Below are positions 24,276 to 34,153 of a stretch of DNA of 64,000 bases, piece by piece. The notes beneath the pieces are model-generated. The model was not told where the DNA came from, ran no database searches, and saw nothing but the letters and a program-made list of their open reading frames with translations. Location of the stretch: positions 509,984 to 573,983 of the forward strand of contig CAXXOS010000001.1 of assembly GCA_963676155.2 (NCBI GenBank). Reading direction: 5' to 3'. Each line of letters starts with the position of its first letter. Within the stretch, counting starts at the first letter, position 1. The stretch is from Anaerolineales bacterium. GTDB taxonomy: Bacteria > Chloroflexota > Anaerolineae > Anaerolineales > UBA11579. Made by a program: the position numbers and the translations under genes.

Positions 24276-25262
24276 ATGAAATTTTCTGGTTATGAAATTC
24301 GAGATCTAGAATTTTTTGATTTGCCAAAAATGAGCTTGCGTCCGTTGAAGACGCAGTTCTTTCATACTGCGCGGCGCTTGAGCTGGGGGCGAACGATGAT
24401 GCCGATGAGTGCTTTTTTGACACCGGTGCCACATGTGCAAGCACGGATCACCAAATTGGTGGAAGGGGATTGTTTGGCTGTGGGGCAACTGACGAAGGAT
24501 AGTTGGGAGAGCTTTGCGCGCTTGAACTATTTGAGTGCGGAAAAAGATGTGTGCTCTTTGGCGGGGAGCATGGTGTTGGATGGCTTGGTGGAAGATTTGA
24601 TTAACATGAATGTGCATGCGGTGTTTGCTGAGACAGAGATCAATGTGCCTAGTTATGAATTTTTGAAACGCCATGGATTTTCGACGATTGGGTATCAGAA
24701 GGTGTGGCGCGTGCCGATGCATATGGAAGAATCAAATGAGATGCATTGGCGGGCTTCGACGGAAGCCGACCAGAATGATTTTTTGAATTTATATAAGGAA
24801 GTGACGCCTCCTGTGATTCGCAATGCGGAACGCCCAGAGAAAGAATTTATGTATGGGATGGTCTATGAAGAAAAAGGCGAAAAGGTGGGCTTTGCGGAGA
24901 TTATGCAAGGGCCAGTGGGGGTGAGCGTGCGTTTGTTGATGCACCCGAAGATTGAAGAGATTGAGGAGTGTTTGTTGCAGTTGGCGCATGTGGCACATCG
25001 TTTTTATACCCGTGCGATTTATTTTATTGTGCCTGCTTATATGAGCTGGTTGGATTCAACTTTGTTGAGGATGAATGCAGATGTTTCAGATTTAATGGCT
25101 GTGATGACCAAGAGTGTGGTGGTGCGCCGAAAGGTGGCGGTGAACAACCAAGCGTTCGCAAATTATCAAGTGGCGATGCCTGGTACAAATCGGATGAGTA
25201 CGCCGATAACGATTAAGATAATTCCAAAATTACATGGCAAGGAACATGATAAAGAAAATTGA
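24276..25262 (+). CDS. hypothetical protein (possibly an acetyltransferase-like fold)
   Basis: 328-aa ORF with an AAGGAAG RBS. The segment VHAVFAETEINVPSYEFLKRHGFSTIGYQKVW is reminiscent of the GNAT C-terminal region. Weak call. Confidence 0.45.
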   Translation: MKFSGYEIRDLEFFDLPKMSLRPLKTQFFHTARRLSWGRTMMPMSAFLTPVPHVQARITKLVEGDCLAVGQLTKDSWESFARLNYLSAEKDVCSLAGSMVLDGLVEDLINMNVHAVFAETEINVPSYEFLKRHGFSTIGYQKVWRVPMHMEESNEMHWRASTEADQNDFLNLYKEVTPPVIRNAERPEKEFMYGMVYEEKGEKVGFAEIMQGPVGVSVRLLMHPKIEEIEECLLQLAHVAHRFYTRAIYFIVPAYMSWLDSTLLRMNADVSDLMAVMTKSVVVRRKVAVNNQAFANYQVAMPGTNRMSTPITIKIIPKLHGKEHDKEN

Positions 25263-26868
25263 AAATGATTTGACGGTCCTTTTGGACATTTTGCCTGCAG
25301 AGATCCGCAAAGAGATTGATGCGATTGATGATACTGATAATTTGATTGAAGTGATCATGGATTTGGGGAGAGTGCCGACAGCGCGATATTCTACGGAAGA
25401 GGTGGTGTTGAGCGAGAATGAAGTGACACGGAACCAGATTGCTGCGGTGGTGAAGCAGGTGGGCGATTTTGATGATGATAACCGTGCGGGAATTGAACGG
25501 GCGTTGCATCGTATCTCTGCGATTCGGAATCGTAAGGGCGATGTGATTGGTTTGACGATTCGCATAGGTAAAGCGGTATATGGGACGATCAAGATTATTC
25601 AAGACTTGATTGATGAGGGTCAGAATGTGTTGCTCTTGGGACGTCCGGGAGTGGGGAAGACAACGATGTTGCGTGAAGCGGCACGTATTTTGGCAGAGAC
25701 GAAACGGGTGGTGATTGTGGATACGTCCAATGAAATTGGCGGTGATGGGGATGTGCCTCATCCGGCGGTGGGACGATCGCGACGGATGCAAGTGGCGACG
25801 CCCTCTTTGCAACATGAAGTGATGATCGAGGCGGTGGAGAATCATAACCCGGAAGTGATTATTATTGATGAGATTGGACGTGAGCTGGAAGCAGCTGCGG
25901 CAAGAACTATTGCGGAACGTGGGGTGCAGCTGATTGGTACGGCACATGGGAACACGTTGGAAAATTTGTTGTTGAACCCGACGTTGTCTGACTTGATTGG
26001 GGGGATTGAGAGTGTGACGCTTTCCGATGAAGAAGCCCGCCGCCGAGGCACACAGAAATCTGTGTTGGAACGACGCTCGCCACCGACGTTTGATATTTTG
26101 GTGGAGATTCAAGAGCGGAATGTGGTGAATGTGCAGAAGGATGTTTCTGCGGCTGTGGACGCACATTTGCGTGGGTATCCGATGCCTCCGGAAGTGCGGA
26201 CACGACATGCGGATGGTGAGATTCGAATTGAGAAGATGAGTCCGATGAAAGCAGTGGCTTTGCCGGGATCGCATGGAAAATCTGGCCCGAGACGTTTGGC
26301 GAATGGCGGCAATGGGCAACACCATGAGGGTGGCAACCCTGTGGTGGATGTGGCGCCGGTGAAGAAGCCGAGCAATTTGAAGATTAAGAATGCGAAGAAG
26401 TTGCAACCTATCTATGTGTATCCTTATGGGGTGGCGCGGAATCGGTTGGAATATTCGGCAATTCGATTGAAGGTGCCGTTCTTTTTGGTGAAGGAGATTA
26501 AGGACGCGGATGTGATGGTGACGTTGAAAACGTATTATCAGAAGCGTCAGCATATGATTATGGAAGCAGAGCGACGGGGGATGCCTGTTTATGTGTTGCG
26601 ATCGAATACGACGAGTCAGATTGATCAGTTTATGTTGAATTTGTTCCGCTTGGGTTCGGATGATTTGCAAGATGCAAGTTTGGATGAGGTGTTGGAATTG
26701 ACTCGTTCGGCGATTTTGAATGCGAAGGCTGGCAAGGATCGAATTGAGTTACCTCCGGCCGCGAGTTATGTGCGTAAGTTGCAACATGAGATGGTGCGGG
26801 AAGCAAATTTGGGCTCTGAGTCTTTTGGGAAGGATCCGAATCGGCGTGTGGTGATTTATCGGAGATAG
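25234..26868 (+). CDS. AAA-type ATPase with a C-terminal R3H domain (SpoIIIAA/Ycf45-like)
   Basis: LLLGRPGVGKTTMLRE, VIVDTSNEIGGDGDVPHPAVGRSRRMQV, IIIDEIG. The C-terminal LPPAASYVRKLQHEMV...GKDPNRRVVIY fits the R3H pattern. It overlaps the upstream gene by 29 nt. Confidence 0.8.
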   Translation: MARNMIKKIENDLTVLLDILPAEIRKEIDAIDDTDNLIEVIMDLGRVPTARYSTEEVVLSENEVTRNQIAAVVKQVGDFDDDNRAGIERALHRISAIRNRKGDVIGLTIRIGKAVYGTIKIIQDLIDEGQNVLLLGRPGVGKTTMLREAARILAETKRVVIVDTSNEIGGDGDVPHPAVGRSRRMQVATPSLQHEVMIEAVENHNPEVIIIDEIGRELEAAAARTIAERGVQLIGTAHGNTLENLLLNPTLSDLIGGIESVTLSDEEARRRGTQKSVLERRSPPTFDILVEIQERNVVNVQKDVSAAVDAHLRGYPMPPEVRTRHADGEIRIEKMSPMKAVALPGSHGKSGPRRLANGGNGQHHEGGNPVVDVAPVKKPSNLKIKNAKKLQPIYVYPYGVARNRLEYSAIRLKVPFFLVKEIKDADVMVTLKTYYQKRQHMIMEAERRGMPVYVLRSNTTSQIDQFMLNLFRLGSDDLQDASLDEVLELTRSAILNAKAGKDRIELPPAASYVRKLQHEMVREANLGSESFGKDPNRRVVIYRR

Positions 26869-26931
26869 ATTGTTTTGATTAATTAAGATTAAACTGTATA
26901 CTTAATGTAGCTTGAGTGTTGGGAGAAGAAA

Positions 26932-27819
26932 ATGGCTACTAAAGAATTTAGTTTTGATTTTTCAAAGAATACTTTGTTTTTCAAAGTTTATTTATTAATG
27001 CAAGGCTTTTTCCTTGCATTAATTTTTTTAACTTTAGTGTTACCTAGCAGTGGGTTTCGGTTGTTTTTAATCTATTTTATTCTGATATTTAATTTTTTGT
27101 TGATTTTTCTTTTGATATCTTTATTGTTTTTTAGTTATCAGAAATTTAGAAAAGGATATTCCATTAAAAATAATATTGAAATTACATTTAAACAATATAT
27201 CAAATTTTCTGTAGAAAATTTTTTTGGCAATAAGCTGTTTAAACTGTTAGGAATTTTAGGAGGCATATTTGTTACTATTTCTTTATGTTGTGTTACTCCT
27301 ACCATGTGTGCTAACACTTCTGCTGACTTAGAACCAACACCGACGATTACAATGACTCCCACGCTCACATTAACTCCTACTATTACAGCAACGCCAACAT
27401 TAACTTTAGTTCCGACGATTACACAAACACCTTCTGTTACACCTACACTGTTATATGTATGCGCATATGATAATTACAATTGTAATAGTTTTTGGGATTT
27501 GAATACATCAATCGAAATTTATACTTACTGTTTTAATCTTGGGTATGGGGATGTGCATAATATGGATTCTGATAATAATGGGATTGCGTGTGAAACGAAT
27601 GATTTTCCGACTGCCGAGCCGACGGTAGTTTATTTTCAACCAACGGCTAGTACTTCTAATACAACAGATGCTCCTTGTTTGTGTGATAGAGATCGCTATA
27701 ATTGTTCTGGAGATAAATCAATTCCGAATATTCAGGCTTGCTTTAATTATTGTAAGGAAATAGGCATGGGAGATATTCATGGTTTTGATGGGGATGGAGA
27801 TGGATGGCCATGTGAATAA
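26932..27819 (+). CDS. membrane-anchored protein with a Thr/Pro linker and two Excalibur calcium-binding domains
   Basis: N-terminal TM helices, the TPT-rich segment PTPTITMTPTLTLTPTITATPTLTLVPTITQTP, and two DxDxDGxxCE motifs (DSDNNGIACE, DGDGDGWPCE). Confidence 0.7.
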   Translation: MATKEFSFDFSKNTLFFKVYLLMQGFFLALIFLTLVLPSSGFRLFLIYFILIFNFLLIFLLISLLFFSYQKFRKGYSIKNNIEITFKQYIKFSVENFFGNKLFKLLGILGGIFVTISLCCVTPTMCANTSADLEPTPTITMTPTLTLTPTITATPTLTLVPTITQTPSVTPTLLYVCAYDNYNCNSFWDLNTSIEIYTYCFNLGYGDVHNMDSDNNGIACETNDFPTAEPTVVYFQPTASTSNTTDAPCLCDRDRYNCSGDKSIPNIQACFNYCKEIGMGDIHGFDGDGDGWPCE

Positions 27820-27830
27820 TAAATATAAAA

Positions 27831-27854
27831 AGCTGAGAAAACCTCAGCTTTTTT
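27831..27854 (+). terminator. rho-independent terminator
   Basis: agctgag aaaac ctcagct followed by a T-run. Confidence 0.6.
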
Positions 27855-27930
27855 AAAACTTTAATACGGAGAGATAGGATTTAACGTTATAATCACAGCA
27901 CCAAAAAATAATTAAGAAAAGAGATGTTGC

Positions 27931-28548
27931 ATGCCTTTTATTAGTTTTGAAGGTCCTGATGGAAGTGGCAAAACGAGCCAAGTTAAACCTTTGGCCGCAT
28001 TGTTGCGCGAGAAGGGCTATGTTGTGTTTTGTACACGTGAGCCGGGTGGAACGCCGATTGGTGAAGCGGTGCGCAAAACTTTGTTTGATTTGAATTTCAA
28101 AGAAATGCATCCCAGAACTGAAATTTTGTTGTTCCAAGCTTCGCGAGCGCAATTGGTGGCGGAAGAAATTTTGCCCCGATTGGCAAGAGGCGAAGTGGTG
28201 TTGTGTGATCGGTATATGGATTCGACATTGGCGTATCAGGGGTATGGGCATGAGACGAATATTGAAGAATTGCGCAATGTGGTGAATTTTGCGACAGGTG
28301 GCTTGAAACCTGATTTGACGTTGTTGTTTGATGTGGATGCAGAGACGGGGCTGCGAAGACGCCAGCAAGAAGGGGATTGGAACCGATTAGATGATTATGA
28401 GGTGCAATTCCATCGTCGCGTGCAGGTGGGCTATCACACTTTGGCAGCCGAAGAACCGAACCGATGGCAGAAGATTGATGCTTCGCAAAGCAAAGATGCG
28501 GTGCAAGAAGATATTCATAAAATTGTGCTTGAATTTTTAGGGGAATAA
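27931..28548 (+). CDS. tmk: thymidylate kinase
   Basis: FISFEGPDGSGKTSQ...CTREPGGT...DRYMDSTLAYQG. Confidence 0.9.
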   Translation: MPFISFEGPDGSGKTSQVKPLAALLREKGYVVFCTREPGGTPIGEAVRKTLFDLNFKEMHPRTEILLFQASRAQLVAEEILPRLARGEVVLCDRYMDSTLAYQGYGHETNIEELRNVVNFATGGLKPDLTLLFDVDAETGLRRRQQEGDWNRLDDYEVQFHRRVQVGYHTLAAEEPNRWQKIDASQSKDAVQEDIHKIVLEFLGE

Positions 28549-28558
28549 GAGGAATTGA

Positions 28559-29188
28559 ATGCGACCTGATAAAATGTTTGGATTTGATGTACCTGTGACT
28601 CCTTTATTGGTGGTGATTTCTGGCCCATCTGGCGTGGGGAAAGATGCGGTGGTGGTGGCGTTGAAAGAGCGTTTGAATGAAACGTTGCATTTTGTGATTA
28701 CTGCGAATACGCGAGAGAGACGTGAAGAAGAAGTGGATGGGGTGGATTATCTGTTTGTGACTAAGGCTGAATTTGAAGCGATGATTGCGAATGAAGAGTT
28801 GTTGGAATATGCGGCTGTTTATGATGATTATAAGGGTGTGCCGAAGGCAAATGTGCAAGCGGCTTTGGACAGTGGTAAGGATGTGTTGATGCGCTTGGAT
28901 GTGCAGGGCGTGGAGACGATTAAAGGACTTTGCCCTGAAGCAATTGCGATTTTTTTGGCGACGGAAACAGAAGAAGAATTGTTTGAACGATTGAAGGCAC
29001 GCAAAACGGAAACTGAAGCAACGTTGCATACGCGGATGGAAACGGTCTATGCGGAATTTGAGAAGTTGGATTTGTTTGATTATATTTTGCATAACAAAGA
29101 CCATGCTTTGGAAGAGACGGTGGATATGGTGTTGGATATTATTAAGGTGGAACATCATCGTGTGCATCAACGAAAGATTACGTTGTAA
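28559..29188 (+). CDS. gmk: guanylate kinase
   Basis: LLVVISGPSGVGKDAV...TTR-like TANTRERREEEVDGVDYLFV. Confidence 0.9.
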   Translation: MRPDKMFGFDVPVTPLLVVISGPSGVGKDAVVVALKERLNETLHFVITANTRERREEEVDGVDYLFVTKAEFEAMIANEELLEYAAVYDDYKGVPKANVQAALDSGKDVLMRLDVQGVETIKGLCPEAIAIFLATETEEELFERLKARKTETEATLHTRMETVYAEFEKLDLFDYILHNKDHALEETVDMVLDIIKVEHHRVHQRKITL

Positions 29189-29214
29189 TTTGATTTGATA
29201 TAGTGAATGGTTGA

Positions 29215-29247
29215 GAGGTTGCTGAGGAAATGGCAACCTCTTTTTTT
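29215..29247 (+). terminator. rho-independent terminator after gmk
   Basis: gaggttgc tgaggaaatg gcaacctc followed by T7. Confidence 0.65.
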
Positions 29248-29282
29248 GAGATAAAAATTTGTTAATCTTGAATTTTTATAAG

Positions 29283-29311
29283 TGAACAAAATCAAAAGAT
29301 TCTGATAGAAT
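29283..29311 (+). promoter_or_regulatory. candidate sigma70-type promoter of the hyp operon
   Basis: TGAACA, 17 nt, TAGAAT with an extended -10 TG (tcTGaTAGAAT), about 55 nt upstream of hypA. Confidence 0.35.
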
Positions 29312-29365
29312 GAGGGTTGCAGAACATTTTTAGCACTTATCTCTTAGGAAGAACGATATATATTT

Positions 29366-29743
29366 ATGCATGAAGTAACGGTTACAGAAAATATTTTGGA
29401 GATCACTTTGCGCCATGCGAAAGAAGTGAAAGCAACGCGGGTGACAGACATTTTTTTGGTGATTGGGGATTTATCGACGATTATTGATGATTCGGTGCAG
29501 TTTTATTGGGATATTATTAGCGAGGGGACTTTGGCGGAAGGTGCACAATTGCATTTTGAGCGAGTGCATGCGAAGTTGCGTTGCTTGGAATGTGGGGAAG
29601 TCTATGTGGCGCCTGACCAGATGAGCCCGTGCCCGAAATGTGAGAGTGTGTTGGTGTCTGTGGAGGCGGGAGAAGAATTCTATTTGGCTTCGATTGATGT
29701 GGAAGCGGATGATCTTGAAGATGAAGATGAAATTTCAAACTAA
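29366..29743 (+). CDS. hypA: hydrogenase nickel incorporation protein HypA
   Basis: N-terminal MHE motif and zinc site CLECG...CPKC. Acidic C-terminal tail. Confidence 0.9.
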   Translation: MHEVTVTENILEITLRHAKEVKATRVTDIFLVIGDLSTIIDDSVQFYWDIISEGTLAEGAQLHFERVHAKLRCLECGEVYVAPDQMSPCPKCESVLVSVEAGEEFYLASIDVEADDLEDEDEISN

Positions 29744-29772
29744 CAATAGTTTATAGATAAAGGATTAATAAA

Positions 29773-30435
29773 ATGGCAGAAAAAATTCCAGTTGTTGAAA
29801 ACATTATGAGTGCGAACGATCGTTTGGCACTTGAAAATCGAAACACTTTAGATGCGCATAGTATTTTTGCAATCAATATGATGGCATCTCCGGGCGCAGG
29901 GAAAACGTCTTTGATTGAGCAAACTGTGCCCGCATTGGCAGCTAAATATCGGGTGGCTGTGGTGGATGGTGATTTGGCTTCTAATATTGATGCTGATCGA
30001 GCGGCTGCGGCTGGCGCGATGGCTGTGCAGATTAACACCGGGGGCGGATGCCATTTGGATGCAGTGATGTTGAAGAATGCATTGGAACAATTGGATTTGG
30101 ACAAGGTTGATATTTTGATTGTGGAAAATGTTGGCAATTTGGTGTGCCCCGCTGGGTTCCAATTGGGGACGCATAAGAGCGTGTTGGTGGCCTCTGTGCC
30201 TGAAGGGGATGATAAACCTTATAAGTACCCGACGATGTACCGTGGGGTGGATACGCTGGTGGTGAATAAGATTGATTTGTTGCCCTATATTAAATTTAAT
30301 ATGGAATATTTTAAAGATGGGGTGAAGTTGTTGAACCCGGATGTGGTGAGCTTCCCGATTTCTTGTGTGACCGAAGAAGGTGTGGCTGATTGGTTGGCAT
30401 GGATTGAGGCAGAGGTTGCTGCAAATAAGAAGTAG
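29773..30435 (+). CDS. hypB: hydrogenase nickel incorporation GTPase HypB
   Basis: SPGAGKTSLI P-loop and the ENVGNLVCPA motif. Confidence 0.9.
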   Translation: MAEKIPVVENIMSANDRLALENRNTLDAHSIFAINMMASPGAGKTSLIEQTVPALAAKYRVAVVDGDLASNIDADRAAAAGAMAVQINTGGGCHLDAVMLKNALEQLDLDKVDILIVENVGNLVCPAGFQLGTHKSVLVASVPEGDDKPYKYPTMYRGVDTLVVNKIDLLPYIKFNMEYFKDGVKLLNPDVVSFPISCVTEEGVADWLAWIEAEVAANKK

Positions 30436-30456
30436 GGATTTGAAGGAAACTGATTA

Positions 30457-32778
30457 ATGACATCCTTGGCTGACTCTGGCGTTTTTGTGCATGTGGATGG
30501 CGTGGTGCAAGGGGTGGGATTCCGCCCCTTTGTTTTTGCCTTAGCCAAACGCTGGGCGTTGATGGGATGGGTGTGTAATACTTCGGCAGGGGTGGACATT
30601 GAGCTGGATGGTTCGAAAGATGATTTGCAAGCATTTGTGAAAGCGTTGGAGGCGGAAGCGCCTCCTTTGGCACAAATTGACGCTGTGAAAGTGGCGTGGC
30701 AGAGCCCGAAAGGGTTTGAGCGATTTGAGATTGTGCATTCGCAGGCGATTCCGAATGCGTTTCAGCCGATTTCTCCGGATGTGTGTGTTTGTGAGGATTG
30801 TTTGCGTGAGTTGTTTGATGCGGAAGATCGACGCTATCGCTATCCGTTTATTAATTGTACAAATTGTGGGCCTCGGTTCACGATTATCCGAGATATTCCT
30901 TATGATCGACCGAATACGACGATGGCGGCGTTTCCGTTGTGCGAGGCGTGTGCGGTTGAATATGAGTATCCGTTGAATCGACGGTTCCATGCGCAGCCGG
31001 TGGCGTGCGAGAAATGCGGACCGGAAGTGTGGTTGTGTGTGGGGGAGGATGTGGTTGCACGCAGAGATGATGCGATTTTGGCTGCTCGGAGGCTGTTGAA
31101 AGAGGGGAAGATTGTGGCGGTGAAAGGGTTGGGGGGATTCCATTTGGCGTGTGATGCGACGAATGAAGCGGCGGTGGCACGATTGCGGAAGAGAAAGCAT
31201 CGTTTGGTGAAACCGTTTGCGTTGATGGTGAATGATGTTTCGATTGTAAAAAATATATGCGAAGTTAATGAGGCTGAGGAAGCGCTGTTGACTTCACGAG
31301 AACGCCCAATTGTGTTGTTAGATCAGCTTGCGGAGAATGCGATTGCTAAAAGTGTGGCACCAGGCCAATTGACGATGGGGGTGATGTTGCCATATACGCC
31401 GTTGCATTATTTGTTGTTGGAAGCAGGGGATGGGTTCCCGATGGCGTTGGTGATGACGAGTGGGAATTTGAGTGAAGAGCCGATTGCGACGATGAATGAG
31501 GAAGCACAGGCGCGTTTGGGCGAGATTGCAGATGCGTTTTTGATGCATAATCGACCGATTGAGACGAGATGTGATGATTCAGTGATGCGCGTTTTTGAGA
31601 AGAAGACTTATCCGATTCGACGAGGACGAGGGTATGCGCCTTATCCGGTGGGATTGGCTTGGCAGGGAGCTTCTGTTTTGGCGACGGGGGGCGAGCTGAA
31701 GAATACGTTTTGTTTTACGAAAGAAAATTATGCGTTTATGAGCCATCATATTGGTGATTTGGAGAATGCAGAAACTTTGGATGCATTTGAGACGAGTGTG
31801 GGGCATTATGAGCGGTTGTTCCGGATTTCTCCGGAGGCGTTGGTGTGTGATTTGCATCCGCGTTATTTATCTACTCGGTATGCAGAGAAACGGGCTGTTG
31901 ATGATGGATTGCCGTTGTTGAAGGTGCAACACCATCATGCCCATGTGGCGGCTTGCATGGCGGAACATGATGTGCCGGCGGGGGAAAAGGTGATTGGGGT
32001 GTCTTTGGATGGCACTGGGTATGGCACGGATGGGACGATTTGGGGGGGAGAATTTTTGGTGGCTGATTATGCACGGTTTGAGCGTGCATTTCATTTGGAA
32101 ACGATGCCGATGGTGGGGGGCGACTTGGCGGTGAAACAGCCTTGGCGCTTGGCGCATGCTTGGTTGAAGAAATTTGGACTTACAGATGTAGAAGATTTGC
32201 CTCCTTATGTATATTTGCGAGGATTGGAAAATGGTGAGATGCAATTGCAGGCAGTGGGACATCAATTACGAGCGGGATTGAATCAGGTGGCGACTTCTAG
32301 CATGGGGCGCTTGTTTGATGCGGTTTCGGCTTTGATGGGGGTGTGTCAAGAGGTGCATTATGAAGGAGAAGCAGCGATTCGATTAGAGAATCAAATTGGA
32401 CGTGGGTTTGTGCCGAAACGAGGATATGGATTTGCGTTGCAGGAGGATGGGGTGATTGGGTTGGCGCCGATGTTTGCGGAGTTGGTGGAAGATGTGCGCA
32501 AGGGGATGGCTGTGAGCGAGATGGCGGCGAAGTTCCACTGGGGGGTGAGTGAGATGGTGGTGGCGGTGTGTGAAGATGTGCGCAAAGCGCAAGGATTAGA
32601 AAAAGTGGTGTTGAGTGGGGGAGTGTGGCAAAATCGCACCTTATTAGGGTATACTAAGGAAAAATTGGAAAATGCAAAATTTAACGTTTTGTTGCATGGT
32701 AAGGTTCCGACCAATGATGGTGGAATTGCTTTGGGACAAGCGGTGATTTTACAACATATAATGAAAGAAAAAAAATAA
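30457..32778 (+). CDS. hypF: carbamoyltransferase HypF
   Basis: Acylphosphatase-like N-terminus (VQGVGFRPFV), two zinc-finger pairs (CEDC...CTNCGPRFTI, CEAC...CEKCGP), and YrdC-like and Kae1-like regions. Confidence 0.95.
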   Translation: MTSLADSGVFVHVDGVVQGVGFRPFVFALAKRWALMGWVCNTSAGVDIELDGSKDDLQAFVKALEAEAPPLAQIDAVKVAWQSPKGFERFEIVHSQAIPNAFQPISPDVCVCEDCLRELFDAEDRRYRYPFINCTNCGPRFTIIRDIPYDRPNTTMAAFPLCEACAVEYEYPLNRRFHAQPVACEKCGPEVWLCVGEDVVARRDDAILAARRLLKEGKIVAVKGLGGFHLACDATNEAAVARLRKRKHRLVKPFALMVNDVSIVKNICEVNEAEEALLTSRERPIVLLDQLAENAIAKSVAPGQLTMGVMLPYTPLHYLLLEAGDGFPMALVMTSGNLSEEPIATMNEEAQARLGEIADAFLMHNRPIETRCDDSVMRVFEKKTYPIRRGRGYAPYPVGLAWQGASVLATGGELKNTFCFTKENYAFMSHHIGDLENAETLDAFETSVGHYERLFRISPEALVCDLHPRYLSTRYAEKRAVDDGLPLLKVQHHHAHVAACMAEHDVPAGEKVIGVSLDGTGYGTDGTIWGGEFLVADYARFERAFHLETMPMVGGDLAVKQPWRLAHAWLKKFGLTDVEDLPPYVYLRGLENGEMQLQAVGHQLRAGLNQVATSSMGRLFDAVSALMGVCQEVHYEGEAAIRLENQIGRGFVPKRGYGFALQEDGVIGLAPMFAELVEDVRKGMAVSEMAAKFHWGVSEMVVAVCEDVRKAQGLEKVVLSGGVWQNRTLLGYTKEKLENAKFNVLLHGKVPTNDGGIALGQAVILQHIMKEKK

Positions 32779-32793
32779 CAGGAGTGTGTTGCG

Positions 32794-33045
32794 ATGTGTT
32801 TAGGCGTACCTGGAAGAATTTTAGAAGTTTTTGAAGTTGATGGAATCCATATGGGGAAGATTGATTTTAATGGAGCTGCCCGAGAAGTTTGCTTGGAATA
32901 TATTCCGGATGCTAAGGTGGATGAATTTTGTTTGGTGCATGCTGGGTTTGCAATTTCTTTGTTGAGTGAAGAAGATGCAATGGAAACATTGAAGTTGATT
33001 GAAGAAATGGAAGCTGAATCTGGTGTGGAAGGAATGTTTGAATGA
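32794..33045 (+). CDS. hypC: hydrogenase assembly chaperone HypC/HupF
   Basis: N-terminal MCLGVPG, 83 aa. Confidence 0.9.
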   Translation: MCLGVPGRILEVFEVDGIHMGKIDFNGAAREVCLEYIPDAKVDEFCLVHAGFAISLLSEEDAMETLKLIEEMEAESGVEGMFE

Positions 33046-34130
33046 AATTTGTGGATGAGTTTCGGGATCCGAAACTTGCGAAACAATTAGTGGATAAAAT
33101 CCGCGAGATTACGACACAACCTTGGGCGATCATGGAAATGTGTGGGGGACAGACGCATGCGATTATGCACTATGGGATTGACCAACTTTTGCCAGATGAA
33201 ATTGAATTGATTCATGGACCGGGGTGCCCGGTGTGTGTGACGCCTTTGAAGCAGATTGACAAAGCGTTGGCGATTGCAAAGATGGAGAATGTGATTTTTA
33301 CCTCTTATGGGGATATGCTGCGAGTGCCGGGAACGGATGGCGATTTGTTTTCTGTGCGGGCACATGGGGGCGATGTGCGCACGGTTTATTCTCCTTTGGA
33401 TGCGTTGCAAATTGCGAAAGAGAACCCTGAGAAGGAAGTGGTTTTTTTTGCGATTGGGTTTGAGACCACCGCGCCGGCAAATGCGATGAGCGTGGTGCAG
33501 GCGAAAGCTTTGGGGGTGCAGAATTATTCTGTGTTGGTGTCGCAAGTGTTGGTGCCACCGGCAATTAATGCAATTTTGGAATCTGAAAATAACCGTGTGC
33601 AGGGCTTTTTGGCCGCAGGGCATGTGTGTGCGATTATGGGCTATCATGAATATTTCCAGATTGTGGATGATTTTGGGGTGCCTGTGGTGGTGACGGGGTT
33701 TGAACCGTTGGATTTGTTGAATGGGATTTATCAATGTATTCAATTGTTGGAAGATGGCAACCCGATGGTGAAGAATGCTTATCCACGGACGGTGACAGAA
33801 GCAGGGAACTTGCCCGCACAAAAGATGTTGGGGCGTGTGTTTGAAGCATGCGACCGCAATTGGCGTGGGATTGGGACAATTCCGATGAGTGGTTGGCGAT
33901 TGACGGAAGAATTCCAAGCGTTTGACGCGGAGACCCGGTTTGATGTGGGTGAGATTCATACGGAAGAACCGGAAGTGTGTATTGCGGGAGAGATTATGCA
34001 AGGGTTTAAGAAGCCGTTGCAATGCCCTGCATTCGGAACATTGTGTACACCGGAGAGACCATTGGGAGCAACGATGGTGTCTGATGAAGGGGTTTGTGCG
34101 GCGTATTATCGTTATAAACGAAATGAATAA
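33042..34130 (+). CDS. hypD: hydrogenase formation protein HypD
   Basis: [17 protein letters not shown] and GFETT motifs. It overlaps hypC by 4 nt. Confidence 0.95.
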   Translation: MKFVDEFRDPKLAKQLVDKIREITTQPWAIMEMCGGQTHAIMHYGIDQLLPDEIELIHGPGCPVCVTPLKQIDKALAIAKMENVIFTSYGDMLRVPGTDGDLFSVRAHGGDVRTVYSPLDALQIAKENPEKEVVFFAIGFETTAPANAMSVVQAKALGVQNYSVLVSQVLVPPAINAILESENNRVQGFLAAGHVCAIMGYHEYFQIVDDFGVPVVVTGFEPLDLLNGIYQCIQLLEDGNPMVKNAYPRTVTEAGNLPAQKMLGRVFEACDRNWRGIGTIPMSGWRLTEEFQAFDAETRFDVGEIHTEEPEVCIAGEIMQGFKKPLQCPAFGTLCTPERPLGATMVSDEGVCAAYYRYKRNE

Positions 34131-34153
34131 GCTGCTTTAATTAAGAGAGCGAT

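Noticed and set aside
25213-26670. 485-aa minus-strand ORF antisense to the R3H-ATPase gene
   Set aside because: Same artefact: an His/Arg/Ile-rich translation opposite a gene with clear Walker motifs.
27340-27450. Repetitive acn-ccn DNA considered as a tandem repeat element
   Set aside because: It is an in-frame Thr/Pro-rich linker of the Excalibur protein. Similar linkers occur in 16851-17804 and 3353-3913.
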